NCBI RefSeq assembly: GCF_044704955.1
Contig: NC_091982.1
Span: 229,462,001-229,526,000, forward strand
DNA length: 64,000 nucleotides
From: Pristiophorus japonicus
Taxonomy: Eukaryota
Direction: 5' to 3'
The position numbers and the translations under genes are program-made. Below are positions 36,328 through 48,105 of the stretch, in pieces. Every line of letters starts with the position of its first letter. Within the stretch, counting starts at the first letter, position 1. The notes beneath the pieces were generated by a model, which saw only the letters and a list, made by a program, of their open reading frames with translations, was not told the DNA's origin and did no database searches.

Positions 36328-39300
36328 TTATAGGTTCAGTCTCTCAGGTGGTCTACGCTCTCGCGTGGAGCGTCTGTGTTGTGGTTCAGTTGTTTGCCTT
36401 GGTGTCTGTTTTTCTTTGGGTGTGGTTGCTGATATCTCGCCTGGGCTGTCTGTTTCGATTGGTGTGATTGTTGTTGACTCGCCTGGGCTGTCTGTTGGGA
36501 TTGCCCTTTCCTCAGGTTGTTCCCTCTGTCTGTCCACCAGGTGTGGTGCGAGTTCCACATTGTAGTCTGCCTCTGGTTCCGCAGTGTTGGTAAATCTGCT
36601 TTTGACTTGGTCTACATGCCTCCGCCAGGTTTTGCCATTGTCCATTTGTACTACCAGTAGCCTGTTTCCTTCCTTGCCCGTTACTGTCCCTGCAAGCCAT
36701 TTGGGACCCCTGCCATAGTTTAGCACAAACACTTTGTCCCCTATCTCATTCCATCTCCCCCTCAAATTTCTGTCATGGTACTCAGTCAGCTTACGGTGCT
36801 TTGCCTCAACGGTTTCGTGCATGTCTGGGAGGATTAATGAGAGCCTAGTTTTTAGTCCTTTTCATCACCAGTTGCACGGGGGGGATCCCAATCAGTGAGT
36901 GCGGACGAGATCTGTATGCCAGCAGCAGTCGCGACAGGCGACCCTGCAGCGTGGGACCTTGGATTTTAAGCATGCCTTGTTTAATGAGAGCCTCTGGCCC
37001 TGGGCTCACTCCGCCTGGCCGTTGGAGGCCGGCTTGAACGGTGCCGTCTTGATTTATGCCGTGGTCAATTATAAAGTCTTGGAATTCTGTGCTGGTGAAG
37101 CATGGACCATTGTCACTGACCAAGGTTGTGCTCGAGTTTAAAATGGTGCATTCGATCCACTTTGAAAATGCATCTACAACTACGAGGAACATTTTGCCCA
37201 TGAATGGGCCCACATAGTCTATGTGCACCCGCAACCACGGTTTGGTAGACCAGGGGCAGGGGCTCAGTGGAGCCTCCCTGGGGGCATTGCTGAGTTGGGC
37301 ACAAATGGTGCACCTTCGGACACAGAGCTCCAGGTCTGCTTCAATACCAGGCCACCAGATGTGGGATCTGGCAATGGCCTTCATGAGAATGATCCCCGGG
37401 TGCTCGCGGTGGAGCTCCCAGACAAATGCCTCTCTGCCTCACAGAGGCATGACTACTCGGCTGCCCCACATCAGGTAGTCTGCTTGTAGTGATAGCTCAT
37501 GCATGCGCCTGTGAAAGGGTTTTAATTCCTCAGGGCAGGCATCGCGAGCCTCTGCCCAGTCACCGGTTAGGACACATCTTTTTACTAAGGATAACGTGGG
37601 GTCGCTGCCCGTCCAGGCTCTGATTTGGCGAGCCGTCATGGGCGAACCTGTGGATTCAAAGGCATTGATTGCCATGACTATCTCACGGTCCTGTTCGTCA
37701 GACCGTTCCATAGTCGCCAGGGGTAGCCTGCTGAGCGCGTCGGCACAGCTGTCTGTGCCTGGTCTGTGCCTTATGGTTTAGTCGTAGGACGCCAGCATGA
37801 GTGCCCACCGTTGAATTCGCGCCGAGGCGTTGCCGTTTATTGCCTTGCTCTCGGATAGGGGGGACGTGAGGGGCTTGTGGTAGGTTTCTAATGCGATCTT
37901 GGCCCCGAAAAGGTATTGGTGCATCTTTTTGACACCATACACGCACGCGAGCACCTCCTTCTCTACCATTTCGTACCCGCGCTCCGCCCACGAAAGTGAC
38001 CTGGAGGCATAAGCTATGGGTTGTAATTTGCCCGCACTATTGACATGTTGCAAAACGCACCCGACCCCATACGCTGACGCATCGCATGTGAGAACTAGCT
38101 TTTTACCTGGGTCAAAGAAAGTCAAAACACTGTTGGAACACAGAAGGTTGCATGCCTTATTGAAGGCGCGTTCCTGGGCGTCCCCCCAAAACCAATCGCA
38201 CCCTTTTCTGAGTAGCATGTGGATAGGCTCCAGCAGCGTGCTTAAGTTCTGCATAAAGTTCCCAAAGTAATTGAGTAGCCCGAGAAAGGCGTGCAGTTCT
38301 GAGACATTCCGGGGCCTGGGTGCCAGGCGAATTGCTTCTGTTTTGGACTCTGTTGGGCGGATTCCATCAGCGGCAATCCTTCTGCCCAAAAATTCAACCT
38401 CGAGTGCGAGAAACAGGCACTTGGATTTCTTGACTCGTAGGCCTACCTGATCCAACCGCTTTACTACTTCTTCCAAATTACGGAGATGGGAGTCGGTGTC
38501 CCTGCCCGTGATAAGTATGTCGTCTTGAAATACAACCGTCCCCGGGATGGACTTGAGCAGACTCTCCATGTTGCGCTGGAATATGGCAGCTGCCGACCTG
38601 ATGCCGAATGGGCATCGATTGTACATGAAAAGGCCTCGATGTGTGTTGATGATGGTGAGTAGCTTGGATTCCTCGGTCAATTCTTGCATCATATACGCAG
38701 ATGTGAGGTCTAATTTTGAGAAAAGTTTACCTCCAGCCAATGTGGCAAATAAGTCCTCCGCTCTGGGCAGCGGGTACTGGTCCTGTAGGGAGACTCTGTT
38801 TATGGTAGATTTGTAGTCCCCACAGATTCGTACGGATCCATCAGGCTTCATGACTGGGACAATGGGACTTGCCCAGTCGCTAAATTCCACAGGTGGTATA
38901 ATGACTTCCCGCAGAAGCCTGTCTAGTTCGTGTTCAATCTGTTCCCTCATCACATAGGGTACAGCTCTGGCCTTGTGATGGACCAGTCTAGCATCCTGTG
39001 TGATGTAGATTTTGACTTTGGCCCTTTGAAAGTGCCCACACCTGGCTGAAAGAGATGTTCAAATCGCTTTATAACTGTTGAGCAGGAGGTCCATTCCTCT
39101 AATGACATGGCATGGACATCATCCCATTTCCAGTTTAGTTTTGCCAGCTAGCTTCTCCCCAGCCGTGCTGGGGGGTCTCCGGGGACAATCCACAGGGGAA
39201 GTCAGTTCACTGTCCCTTTGTGTGTGACAGAGAGCATGGCGTTGCCAAGGACTGATACAATTTCTTTGATATAGGTCCTTAGTGTGGTGTCGACCCTTGT

Positions 39301-39573
39301 GAGTTTTGGTCTGTCTCTTTTATGCAGCCACAGTTGTTCAAATTGTTGAGCGCCCATGAGAGATTCACTCGCTCCCGTATCCAGCTCCATATTGACAGAT
39401 ATCCCATTGAATAGGACCCTCATCATTATAGGAGGCGTACTGTTGTAGGAGCAGCGGCCATGGATCGTGTTGACCCGCTGTACACCGGTGTCCCGGGTAC
39501 TGTTCCCACCATCTTCTGGTCCGCTTTCTGACCATCCGATTCGAATACCAGCCAAGCTGCCGTTTTTTTGCAC
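36328..39573 (-). pseudogene. pol: Gypsy pol (protease, RT, RNase H, integrase), frameshifted
   Basis: ELDTGA; WASPIVPVMKPDGSVRICGDYK, PFGIRSA, FQDDILI; CDASAYGVG, EKE; H.HPG..MKAIARSHIWWP, C..C, HIDYVGP, SDNGPCF. Confidence 0.93.
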
Positions 39574-39626
39574 ATGCGGGCCAAATGCCCTGTATATTCA
39601 CAATTTCTGCAAACAACCTGCTGAAA

Positions 39627-40457
39627 TCAACATCCCCTTGCCGAGTGCCCACCCCCACACCTCCAGCACAGACCTGTTCCATTGTTCAAAGAGTTTCCAA
39701 AGAATGAGCTGCGTCTGGCTGATCTCTCTTGCGCTTCTCTCAGTTTGTAGTTGATTGCTCGCATTGTGGGTTGATGAGGTGTGAACGGCCGATCCTGTGG
39801 CCCTTGATGGCTTCTGCCTGCTGTCGAGAACCTGTTCTCCCGGTTTTGTCTGTGTGTGGGGGTAGCAGCTTTTTTAGTGCTGTGAACTTCTTGTTCCAAT
39901 ATTTCGTTAGTTGTCGTACCCGCATTGTAAATCAACCTCGTTTCTTCTTCCCCTACCAAGAATGTCTGTGCAACCAGTGCTGCCGTCTCTAAGGTCAGGT
40001 TCTTGGTCTCTATGATCTTTCGGAATATGCCTGTGTGGCCTATTCGTTCAATGAAAAATTCTCTCAGCATTTCTCTCCTCAGTTCATCGGAGAACTCACA
40101 TAAACTAGCCAACCTCTGAAGTTCCGTCACAAAGTCGGGTATGCTCTGGCCCACACAGCGTCTGTAGTTGTAGAACCTGTGTCTGGCCATGTGTAGGCTG
40201 CTCGCTGGCTTTAGGTGGTCTCTTACCAGTGTGCTCAATTCTTCAAACGACTTGCTTGCTGGTTTCTCGGGTGCCAACAGATACTTCATTAAAGCGTATG
40301 TTTTCGAGCCACAGCTGGTCAAGAGATGAGCTCTTCTCTTGTCTGCCTTATCATCGCCTAACCAGTCTTTGGTTACAAAGCTTTGCTGGAGCCTTTCTAT
40401 AAAGTCCTCCCAATTGTCTCCCGCATTGTACTTTTCATCTGATCCGTTGTTCGCCAT
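39627..40457 (-). pseudogene. gag: Gypsy gag with CCHC zinc knuckle
   Basis: MANNGS...WEDFIERLQQSF...ARHRFYN...LQRLASLCEF...CWRCGGGHSARGC; a second knuckle follows in a shifted frame. Confidence 0.9.
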
Positions 40458-40472
40458 TCTGTGGATTCTGTA

Positions 40473-40490
40473 ATCCCATCCTTATCGCCA
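40473..40490 (-). promoter_or_regulatory. Primer-binding site, tRNA-Ser(GCU)-like
   Basis: TGGCGATAAGGATGGGAT versus expected TGGCGACGAGGATGGGAT (CG to TA, consistent with CpG decay). Confidence 0.7.
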
Positions 40491-40491
40491 C

Positions 40492-40739
40492 TGTAAAGTC
40501 CTGTCCCCTCAGTACAGATTCACACAAGGCATGTAGTGAAGTCAAGGTCACTCTGGACCTGCACCTTTATTTCACAGCTCTGGAATGCTGCACTTGCCTG
40601 AGACCTGCCCTTATATACCTGTCTCTTGCAAGTGCACCCCTGGTGGTAAGGTATGCTGGTGGTTACAGGTCATATCTTATTACAGTCATATATAGCATGT
40701 TAGGATACAGTTATATATAATAATGTAAGATACATGACA
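40492..40739 (-). repeat. Gypsy 5' LTR
   Basis: TG...CA, 248 bp; on the minus strand TATATAA (~40610-40616) and AATAAA (~40566-40571). Confidence 0.95.
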
Positions 40740-41929
40740 AGTCCCAATATGGCTGACCTTAACTATCTTTCTCTATGACCCAGCAAGCCACTCAGTTTTT
40801 TTAAACCACTACAACCACGTTGGCTGCAGCATTTCGAGAAGAAAGCCTACCTTCTCAGGGCAACTGGGGATGGCCAATAAATGCCGTCCTTGCCAGCGTG
40901 CCTGCATCCCGAGAATAAATAGTTTTAAAAATCTCACCCCTCATGGATCAAGACCCGTTACCATACCTTCTGCAAAATGGCTTGGGACATTTTCAAACTA
41001 AGTTTTCACCATAGAACGATTTGAAATCTGACTGATAATGGGACACATCTTTTTTCATCTTAAGCGCTTCTGTCGCAGAATATCGTACGCTTGATGTGCA
41101 CATCAGGAATCAGATACATGATTGTAGTGTGGGCCCATGATGTTCCAACCATTAGAATTAATTAGAAAATTAACAGATGGACTTGGAGGGCCTGTAAATT
41201 GGGTCCATGTCGCTTTGTGTGAAGCTGTGTCATGAAGACTCGGAACAATCACAAAATCCAGAATTAAATCCGTAGATTACCATGTAATTTATGAGCCATA
41301 ACTAAAACCCTTTTAAAAAAAATCTTAGGGAGTGTAATTGATAATTTCACTGCCCTTGGAACAGATTGTACAATCCAGCAATGTATCTGTATAAGTAAAG
41401 CTTTTTATTTTAAAGAAAGTGTAATTGATAATTTCACTGCTCACAAGATTAATGTTTTGCATGCGTGAAACTCAAAAATTATCATTCAAAAGTAAGAAAT
41501 AAGTTAGCAGCAGCAGTCTATCGTGTTACAAAATGTATATGAAAGATGTGCTTAAGTTGCTGTCAGGAACTGGGAGCCAACAGAACAGTCAGAAAGCTCA
41601 CCGGTTTTTACCTACAAATTATTCACTAGTCTGAAGGACACAAGTTAAAAATTAGTTAGGTGTAAGAAGGGAAGTCCACTCGTAAGTAAATAGAGCCTTG
41701 AAATAAGTTATAAAACATACCATTAGACAATTAGATGCATTTCTGGAACGAGAAATGATTGAGAAATATAGTGAGAGGTTAGGGCTTTGGGATTGCTTTA
41801 TCAAATAGGGACAGGCGTATTGGGCCTAGTGGCCTTTCCCATTTCTAAGCTCATTGTTCAGTGATTCTGGTAATCAGGCTGCTTTGACCTATCTCAAAGA
41901 CCATTAGGAATCACTTGGGCCTTTGGTCG

Positions 41930-42118
41930 TCATCATCATAGGCAGTCCCTCGGAATCGAGGAAGACTTGCTTCCACTCTTAAAATGAGTTCTTAGGTGGT
42001 TGAACAGTCCAATATGGCAATTACAATCTCTGTCACAGGTGAGACAGATAGTCGTTGAGGGAAGGGGTGGGTGGGACAGGTTTGCCGCACGCTCTTTCCG
42101 CTGCCTGCGCTTGGTTTC
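41930..42118 (-). mobile_element. RTE LINE 3' fragment
   Basis: catcatcataggcagtccctcggaatcgaggaagacttgc tail. Confidence 0.85.
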
Positions 42119-42829
42119 AGCCTTTGGTGCCTGTTACATTGTTATCATGTTGTGTATTTAGCTCACTCTCATTCGGTGAATCCCAACACCTCTATGACTT
42201 TGAGATTGTCTTTACTGGCCTCAATATCTAGTTATGTGCCCAGGACAACAAACAGAAAACCCAGGTCTGTCAATCATTTTAAACTATTAGAATTATTCTC
42301 TGGCTTCACATGATTTATCTCCAGTCCTCAAAAGGTGATGAACATCACAGCATTCCACTTTTAGTTTTAAATGATTAAACAATTATTTTTTAAATAAACA
42401 AGAGGTCAAAATTAGCATAAAATATAGAAGAAATTTTAATTATTAGTCTCTTCAAAAGGAAAAAAATTAAAAGGTGGTAAATCTATATGTTAACCTGTTT
42501 CTCTATAAAGAACTGGTATATGAACAGTTTTTTGTCTTCTTACAAGCTGTGGGAGCTAATGAAAAACTGCCTGCTATTCCATGAAGATTTGAGTTTGATT
42601 TAACTTCATTCATTTTGCTCATTTTTTTCTAGCCCTTGATCTGTTGCCAAAGCTTCATTAGAGATTCTGAACTGCCAGCCTCATTCAAAAATTAACAGAC
42701 TGTCAAATTCATAACTGAACCAATCACAAAGTCTGTATGTATTTGATTATCACATGTCAGGTTTCCTCTCAAGCCTGGTTACCAGGCAAACACCACCAAC
42801 AACAAACTTCACAACAAATATAATGTGTC

Positions 42830-43195
42830 CTAGTTTTCAAATCCCTCCGTGGCCTCACCTCTCCCTATCTCTGTAACCTCCTCCAGCCCCACAAGTCTTT
42901 GAGATCTCTGAACTCCTTCAATTCTGGCACCGTGAGCATCCCCGATTTTAATCGCTCCATTTATTTGCCGGTCATGCTTCAACTGCCTTGGCCCTAAAGC
43001 TCTGGAATTCCCTCTCTAAATTTCTCTGCCTCCTTTAAGGTGCTCCATAAAATATACCTCTTTGACCAAGCTTCCGGCCATCTGTCTTGATCTCTCCTTT
43101 CGAGGTTGGCATCAACATTTTTATTGCTAACCCTCTTGTTAAGCACTGTGACACGTTTTACTATGTTAAAGGCACTATATAAGTAAAAGTTGTTG
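42830..43195 (+). mobile_element. L2-type LINE 3' end
   Basis: Collinear with 28800-29150; tail aaaggcactatataagtaaaagttgttg. Confidence 0.65.
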
Positions 43196-43219
43196 TTTTT
43201 TTTTTAAAACACTAGTTCA

Positions 43220-43770
43220 ACCCCAGCTGGAATAGTGCATCCAATTCTGGGCACCGCACTTTAGGAGAACGAGAACATTTTGGCGAGCGTACAGAAAAAT
43301 TTATGAGAATGGTTCCAGGAATGAGAGATTACAGTTACGTGGATAGACTGGAGAAGCTTGGGTTGTCCTCCTTAGAGCAGAGAAGGCCAAGAGGAGATTT
43401 GATAGAGATGTTTAAAATGATGATGGGGTTAGAGTAAATAAAAAATAAACTCTTTCCAATGGCTGAATGGTCGATAACCAGAGGACACAGATTTAAGGTG
43501 ATTGACAAAAGAACCAGAGGCGACATGAGAAAAAACTTTTTTACGCAGCGAGTGGTTAGGATTTGGAGTGCACTGCTTGACAGAGTGGCAGAAATCAGAT
43601 TCAATATTAGCTTTCAAAAGGGAATTGGGGAAATACTTGAAGGAGAAAAAGCTGCAGGGATATGGAGAAAGAGGAGGAGAGTGGGATTAACTGGATTTCT
43701 CTTCAAAAGAGCCGGCACAGACTCGATGGGCCAAATGGCCTCCTTCTGTGCTGTACTATTCTATGATATA
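43220..43770 (+). mobile_element. CR1 LINE 3' fragment
   Basis: TRGHRFKV...RKNFFTQRVVRIW; tail gatgggccaaatggcctccttctgtgctgtactattctatga. Confidence 0.8.
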
Positions 43771-44125
43771 GTTGAGGCTGTGCAGGTGTTTTTTTTAATG
43801 ATCATTTATTGTTCCTAAATTAAAGGGACAGCTTACCAGATCAAAACAAGATAGAAATGCTTCAGAATTTTCACAAAGCTCATGAGTTGTAGACATCCCC
43901 TGCTGCAAGAGGAACCACAATAACTTGTGATGACTGCTAAGGTGATCAATTGATGTTAAGGAACATAATTTTTTATCACTTCTTTTCCATAATGTCGTTA
44001 AACGATTCTTGTTTCAAAATAAAATAAAAATACAGAGGTGTTGCTGTGAGGTGGCACTGTGCTCTGCCGTTAGCTTTCTTGCCGTGCACGGACAAATACA
44101 TCACACCTTCACCCATGAATCACTG

Positions 44126-45857
44126 GGGGGAAAATTCGTTGTTGCCTGGAAAGCAGTCGCTATCCTCATCAATTGTCATTAATGGCTGTCCGAAATGGCC
44201 ACCGTGCTAGACGAGGTAAATTGGTGTGGGAGACATGGTGGTAAGGAGGTGCAGTGCTAACCTTAGGTGCAACGCCTTCCTGGTGGTGCTGCCCAAGGGA
44301 TCCGGGACTAATTTGTAGTTACTGTTTCCCCGAGCATCTTGTACGAGGCTGTGAAGCTCACAGTGCATTGTGGGCAGCGAGGAGCTCTGAAATTTAAAGC
44401 GGGCACGCACGCACATTGAAGCAAGGGAAAATAAAATGCACCAATTCAATACATTTTTCAGCCCTTTCTGTTTTTTAACAAATAATCAATATTTAAAAGA
44501 AGTTCCAAACGTTAATATTCAGCACTTAAAGCTTAATTACCTTCCTAAACTCAACAAATGGGTAAACTCTCTTATCACTACCTCAAATGGCTCAGCAAGC
44601 CAGGGACGGCGCACCCAGGGTCTCGCACGCAGCACTCCAGCTTTGTGCAGGGTGTCACCACTGCAAAACTGGCCTTCTACCCACACGGGCCCTTTAGAAA
44701 GAACAATGTGGGAGTACATTTTCAAGGTCATCTCTGCCAGCAGTCGCCTCCACCACCTGGCTCCTGTGCCCAAAGATGCTTCCTGACCTCAGACACTGGT
44801 CAAGGTCAGTGAATGCATCTTCAAAAGCCATCTCCTACCAACTGAATCACTAGCATCACACACAGCTCAATGCATGACTCCCAATCACTCACCTACCAAC
44901 AATCTGCACCAATGGCATGGCACATCTCCCATTTCTAGCTTCACCTCACCCCCTTGGAGGAGACGTTGCAGGCTATTCTTGGCAGGGGCATGGCTGAGCC
45001 CTAGGCCAGCGGCGTATCTGAAACGATACAAGATGCGGGAATCCTTGTACATTATCCTCCTTCAGGCATGCAATTCTAGGCTTCCCGCCCTCCCGTCAGC
45101 ACAACTCCACCCTTGTGCCTTCAATATTTCACACACCCAAATAATGCATCCTGTCCAGCCAGTGGGACCATAGTTGGATGATTCCATCCGTGATAGGCTG
45201 GACAAAAAGGGGCTGTCTGGGATGCATCCTTCTGCTTCATTGCTCCTCTTTGGCTTCCTCCGCTTCAGCTTCCTCCACTTCTGCATCTTCCTCTTCCCTC
45301 TGCAAGCAGATACTGTAAATGTGAAATGACAGCATAAAATGCTGCAAATACTCAGTTGATCAGGTAGCATGTTGACCTGAGACGTGAACTGCATGGATGC
45401 AGAGTGACCTGCTGAGTACTCGCAGCATGTTCTGTCTTTTCAAAGGCGTTCACTTACCATCCGAGCCCTTGCAAGCATCCAGCAGCATGCCCTACACACT
45501 TTCCACATCTATTGCAGCAAGCCACCAATAAAATCCCAAAAACCAAGGCTAAATCCTTCCATTCAAACTTACCTGATTGATGTGTGTGTCCCTTTAACAG
45601 CTGCAGATATCGTTCCTGTCAGCGTCTGTCAGTCTGCTTGCACGGCAGGTTAACCTGGCGTGCTTAGGACCCAGTGCGGAATTGAGCGCTAGGATCAAAG
45701 TTTGCGTAGGTGAAGTTCAGTCGGCGTTGCTCATCAACTGGACGTCACCACACCAACATTTTTTGGGGCGCACAAATATGGCGCAAGAACGGCCGCCACC
45801 ATTTCTCCAAGAATCGCTGGCACTAACAGGGGGTGGTAAGTATATGAATTTTACGCC
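44126..45857. mobile_element. Internally deleted Harbinger element with Myb/SANT relic (+, 44587-44810) and acidic transposase-tail relic (-)
   Basis: Ends gggggaaaattc / gaattttacgcc; MAQQARDGAPRVSHAAL...WEYIFKVISA...TTWLLCPKMLPDL followed by a GT donor. Confidence 0.55.
45328..45440. repeat. Degenerate fold-back Penelope-type repeat
   Basis: Arms atgctgcaaatactcag... / ...ctgagtactcgcagcat with central gacctgagacgtgaact, like 26494-26669. Confidence 0.5.
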
Positions 45858-46929
45858 TTCATTTCCTTAATATATGGATGTACAAGATGGGTTGTATAAT
45901 ATTGGATATTGGGGTAGAGTGTAATTTCCAACTATCTAATAACTGCCACTGTCCCATTAAACGCAGCAACCTGCATTCTAACTGCACATTATTAAACAAT
46001 ATTTGACTCCAAGCTGCTACAGGAGGTATTAGGTTTTAAGGAGCGACTTAAAGGAAGAGAGAGTGGTAGCGAGGCGGAGAGGTTTAGGGAGAGAATTCCA
46101 GAGCATCCTGAAAGCATAGCATCTGTATACTATATTTTAATTATTGTAAATTATTTTAAAAAATCATACATTGCTGCAGATCCTAAAGTACTTCTGTGAC
46201 TGCATCACAGTCATTGTTAATTATTTACAGTACTTCTTAGAAATCTCTTCACTTTCATATGCAGCAGGAAATGCAAAGCGAATTGGCATATAAACATTAC
46301 TCTGAAGAAAGGAGGTGTTAAACCTTACTTCAAATGTGTTCCAATTGGACGTATAGTTACCACTCAAAGACATCTAAGTCAAGCAAAAATCATTTCTGGG
46401 TATAATTTTGTCTATTCTACCCCTTAATTATTGCCTTAATTGCTGATTTTCTACTTGAGCGGTAATGTTTAATGTCTGCAATTAAGTCACATTGTAAAAT
46501 ACAACTGAGTAACAATAATGCCCAAAATATGACCTCTTACAAAAAAAAACTCTTTTGAGTGCTAACAGTACAAGAAGACTAATATATATTCGGTGATTCC
46601 ACCGCTCATTTCAAGAGTTATGTGACATGGTATCATATAGCGAATTAATTGATATACTTGGGCTAGAAAAAGAAACAAAAACACTTTCACACTTGAAAGC
46701 TTACTAAATACATTATAACATGCTATACTTGGTTGTTGTGATATTTCATCTGTGAATTTGACTTCCATTTTTACTGGTATTTTCCCACAGGTGTATATTT
46801 ATCAGATCAGTCTCTTGGCCATAATTTATGTTTTTCATTACATTTTAAATCAAATACAAAAAAAGGAATTGAAGTCCATGGGAATAATTTTAGCACACTG
46901 GTTAACATGCTCACACAATAATCCCATTG

Positions 46930-47490
46930 CATAGGATTACATTGCCATTCAGCCCAACCAGTCCAGGCAGTCGTTAATGCTCCACTTGAGCCTCTTCTTT
47001 TTCATCTAATTCTGTCAGCATAATCCTCTGTTCCCTTTTCCCTTATATGTTTGTCTAGCCTCCCCTTATATGCATCGATACTATTTGCTTCAACCATTCC
47101 CTGTGGTAGTGAGTTCCACATCCTCACCACTCTCAGGGTAAAGAAGTTTCTTCTGAATTCCCTAATAGATTTCTTGGTGACTATCTTATATTAATGGCCT
47201 CCAGTTATGCTCTTCCCCACAAGTGAAACATTCTCTCTGTGTCTACTCTATCAAAACCTTTCATAATTTTAAAGACCTCTATTAGTTCACCACCTAGCCT
47301 TCTTGTTTCAAAAGAGACCCAGCTTGTTCATCCTTTCATGATATGTATACCCTCGCATTTCTGGTATCATCCTTGTAAATCTTTTTTGCACCCACTCCCA
47401 TGCCTCTACATCCTTTTTATAATATGGTGACCAGAACTGTACGCAGTGCTCCAAGTCTAACCAAGTTTCAATACAAGTTTAGCATAACTA
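46930..47490 (-). mobile_element. CR1 LINE 3' fragment
   Basis: Antisense of CR1 ORF2 C-terminus and tail. Confidence 0.7.
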
Positions 47491-47974
47491 TTTTTCTTCC
47501 GTGTGCATTATTTTAAACAAAACCATATCAGCTAAGTTCATTTGATAGCACTTTAAATCAGGATATGGGTTCATCCTCCCCATTTCAGGACTCAAGTGCA
47601 TATTTTAGGCTGACATTTCCTACAATACTGAGGAATTGTTGCTTGTTTGGAGGTGCTGTTCTTCAAATAAAATGTTACACCTGAGGCCCCATTTGATGCT
47701 AAAGATCCCATGGGAGGTAGGGAGTTCTCCCAGTGTTCTAGCCAACACTGACCATTCATCTCATGATGTTTGTGGGATCTGCCATGTATGCAAATGTTAA
47801 AACAAAGAACTTATATTGACGGCTCCTATTATAACTCTAATTGATTACTTTTCAAGTGCAGTTTCTGTTGTTATCTAGGCAATTATAACAAGGCCCCACA
47901 AATGAATAAACAACCAGTTAATCTGTTTTTTGTTGGTTGTTGGTTCAGGGAAGAATGTTGGCCAGGAAATAAAA

Positions 47975-48105
47975 AGATCAAGGGGTATGGCGAGAAAGCA
48001 GGAATGGGGTACTGAGGTTGCATGTTCAGCCATGAACTCATTGAATGGCGGTGCAGGCTCGAAGGGCCAAATGGCCTACTCCTGTACCTATTTTCTATGT
48101 TTCTA
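47975..48105 (+). mobile_element. CR1 LINE extreme 3' tail
   Basis: gatcaaggggtatggcgagaaagcagg...ggcctactcctgtacctattttctatgtttcta, as at 60-190; sits within Deu-SINE relics (47530-48330). Confidence 0.8.

Larger units (their letters stand above)
36068..40739 (-). mobile_element. Ty3/Gypsy LTR retrotransposon (Mag-like), near full length
   Basis: LTRs 40492-40739 and 36068-36300, AGTCC TSD, PBS, PPT gggggagggtga (36301-36312), gag-PR-RT-RH-IN order. Confidence 0.95.
35823..40925 (+). mobile_element. tRNA-derived SINE (35823-36067 plus 40745-40925) split by the Gypsy element
   Basis: The two halves rejoin across the AGTCC TSD; tail cttctcagggcaactggggatggccaataaatgccgtccttgccagcg matches the LINE tail at ~9975-10040. 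Confidence 0.6.
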
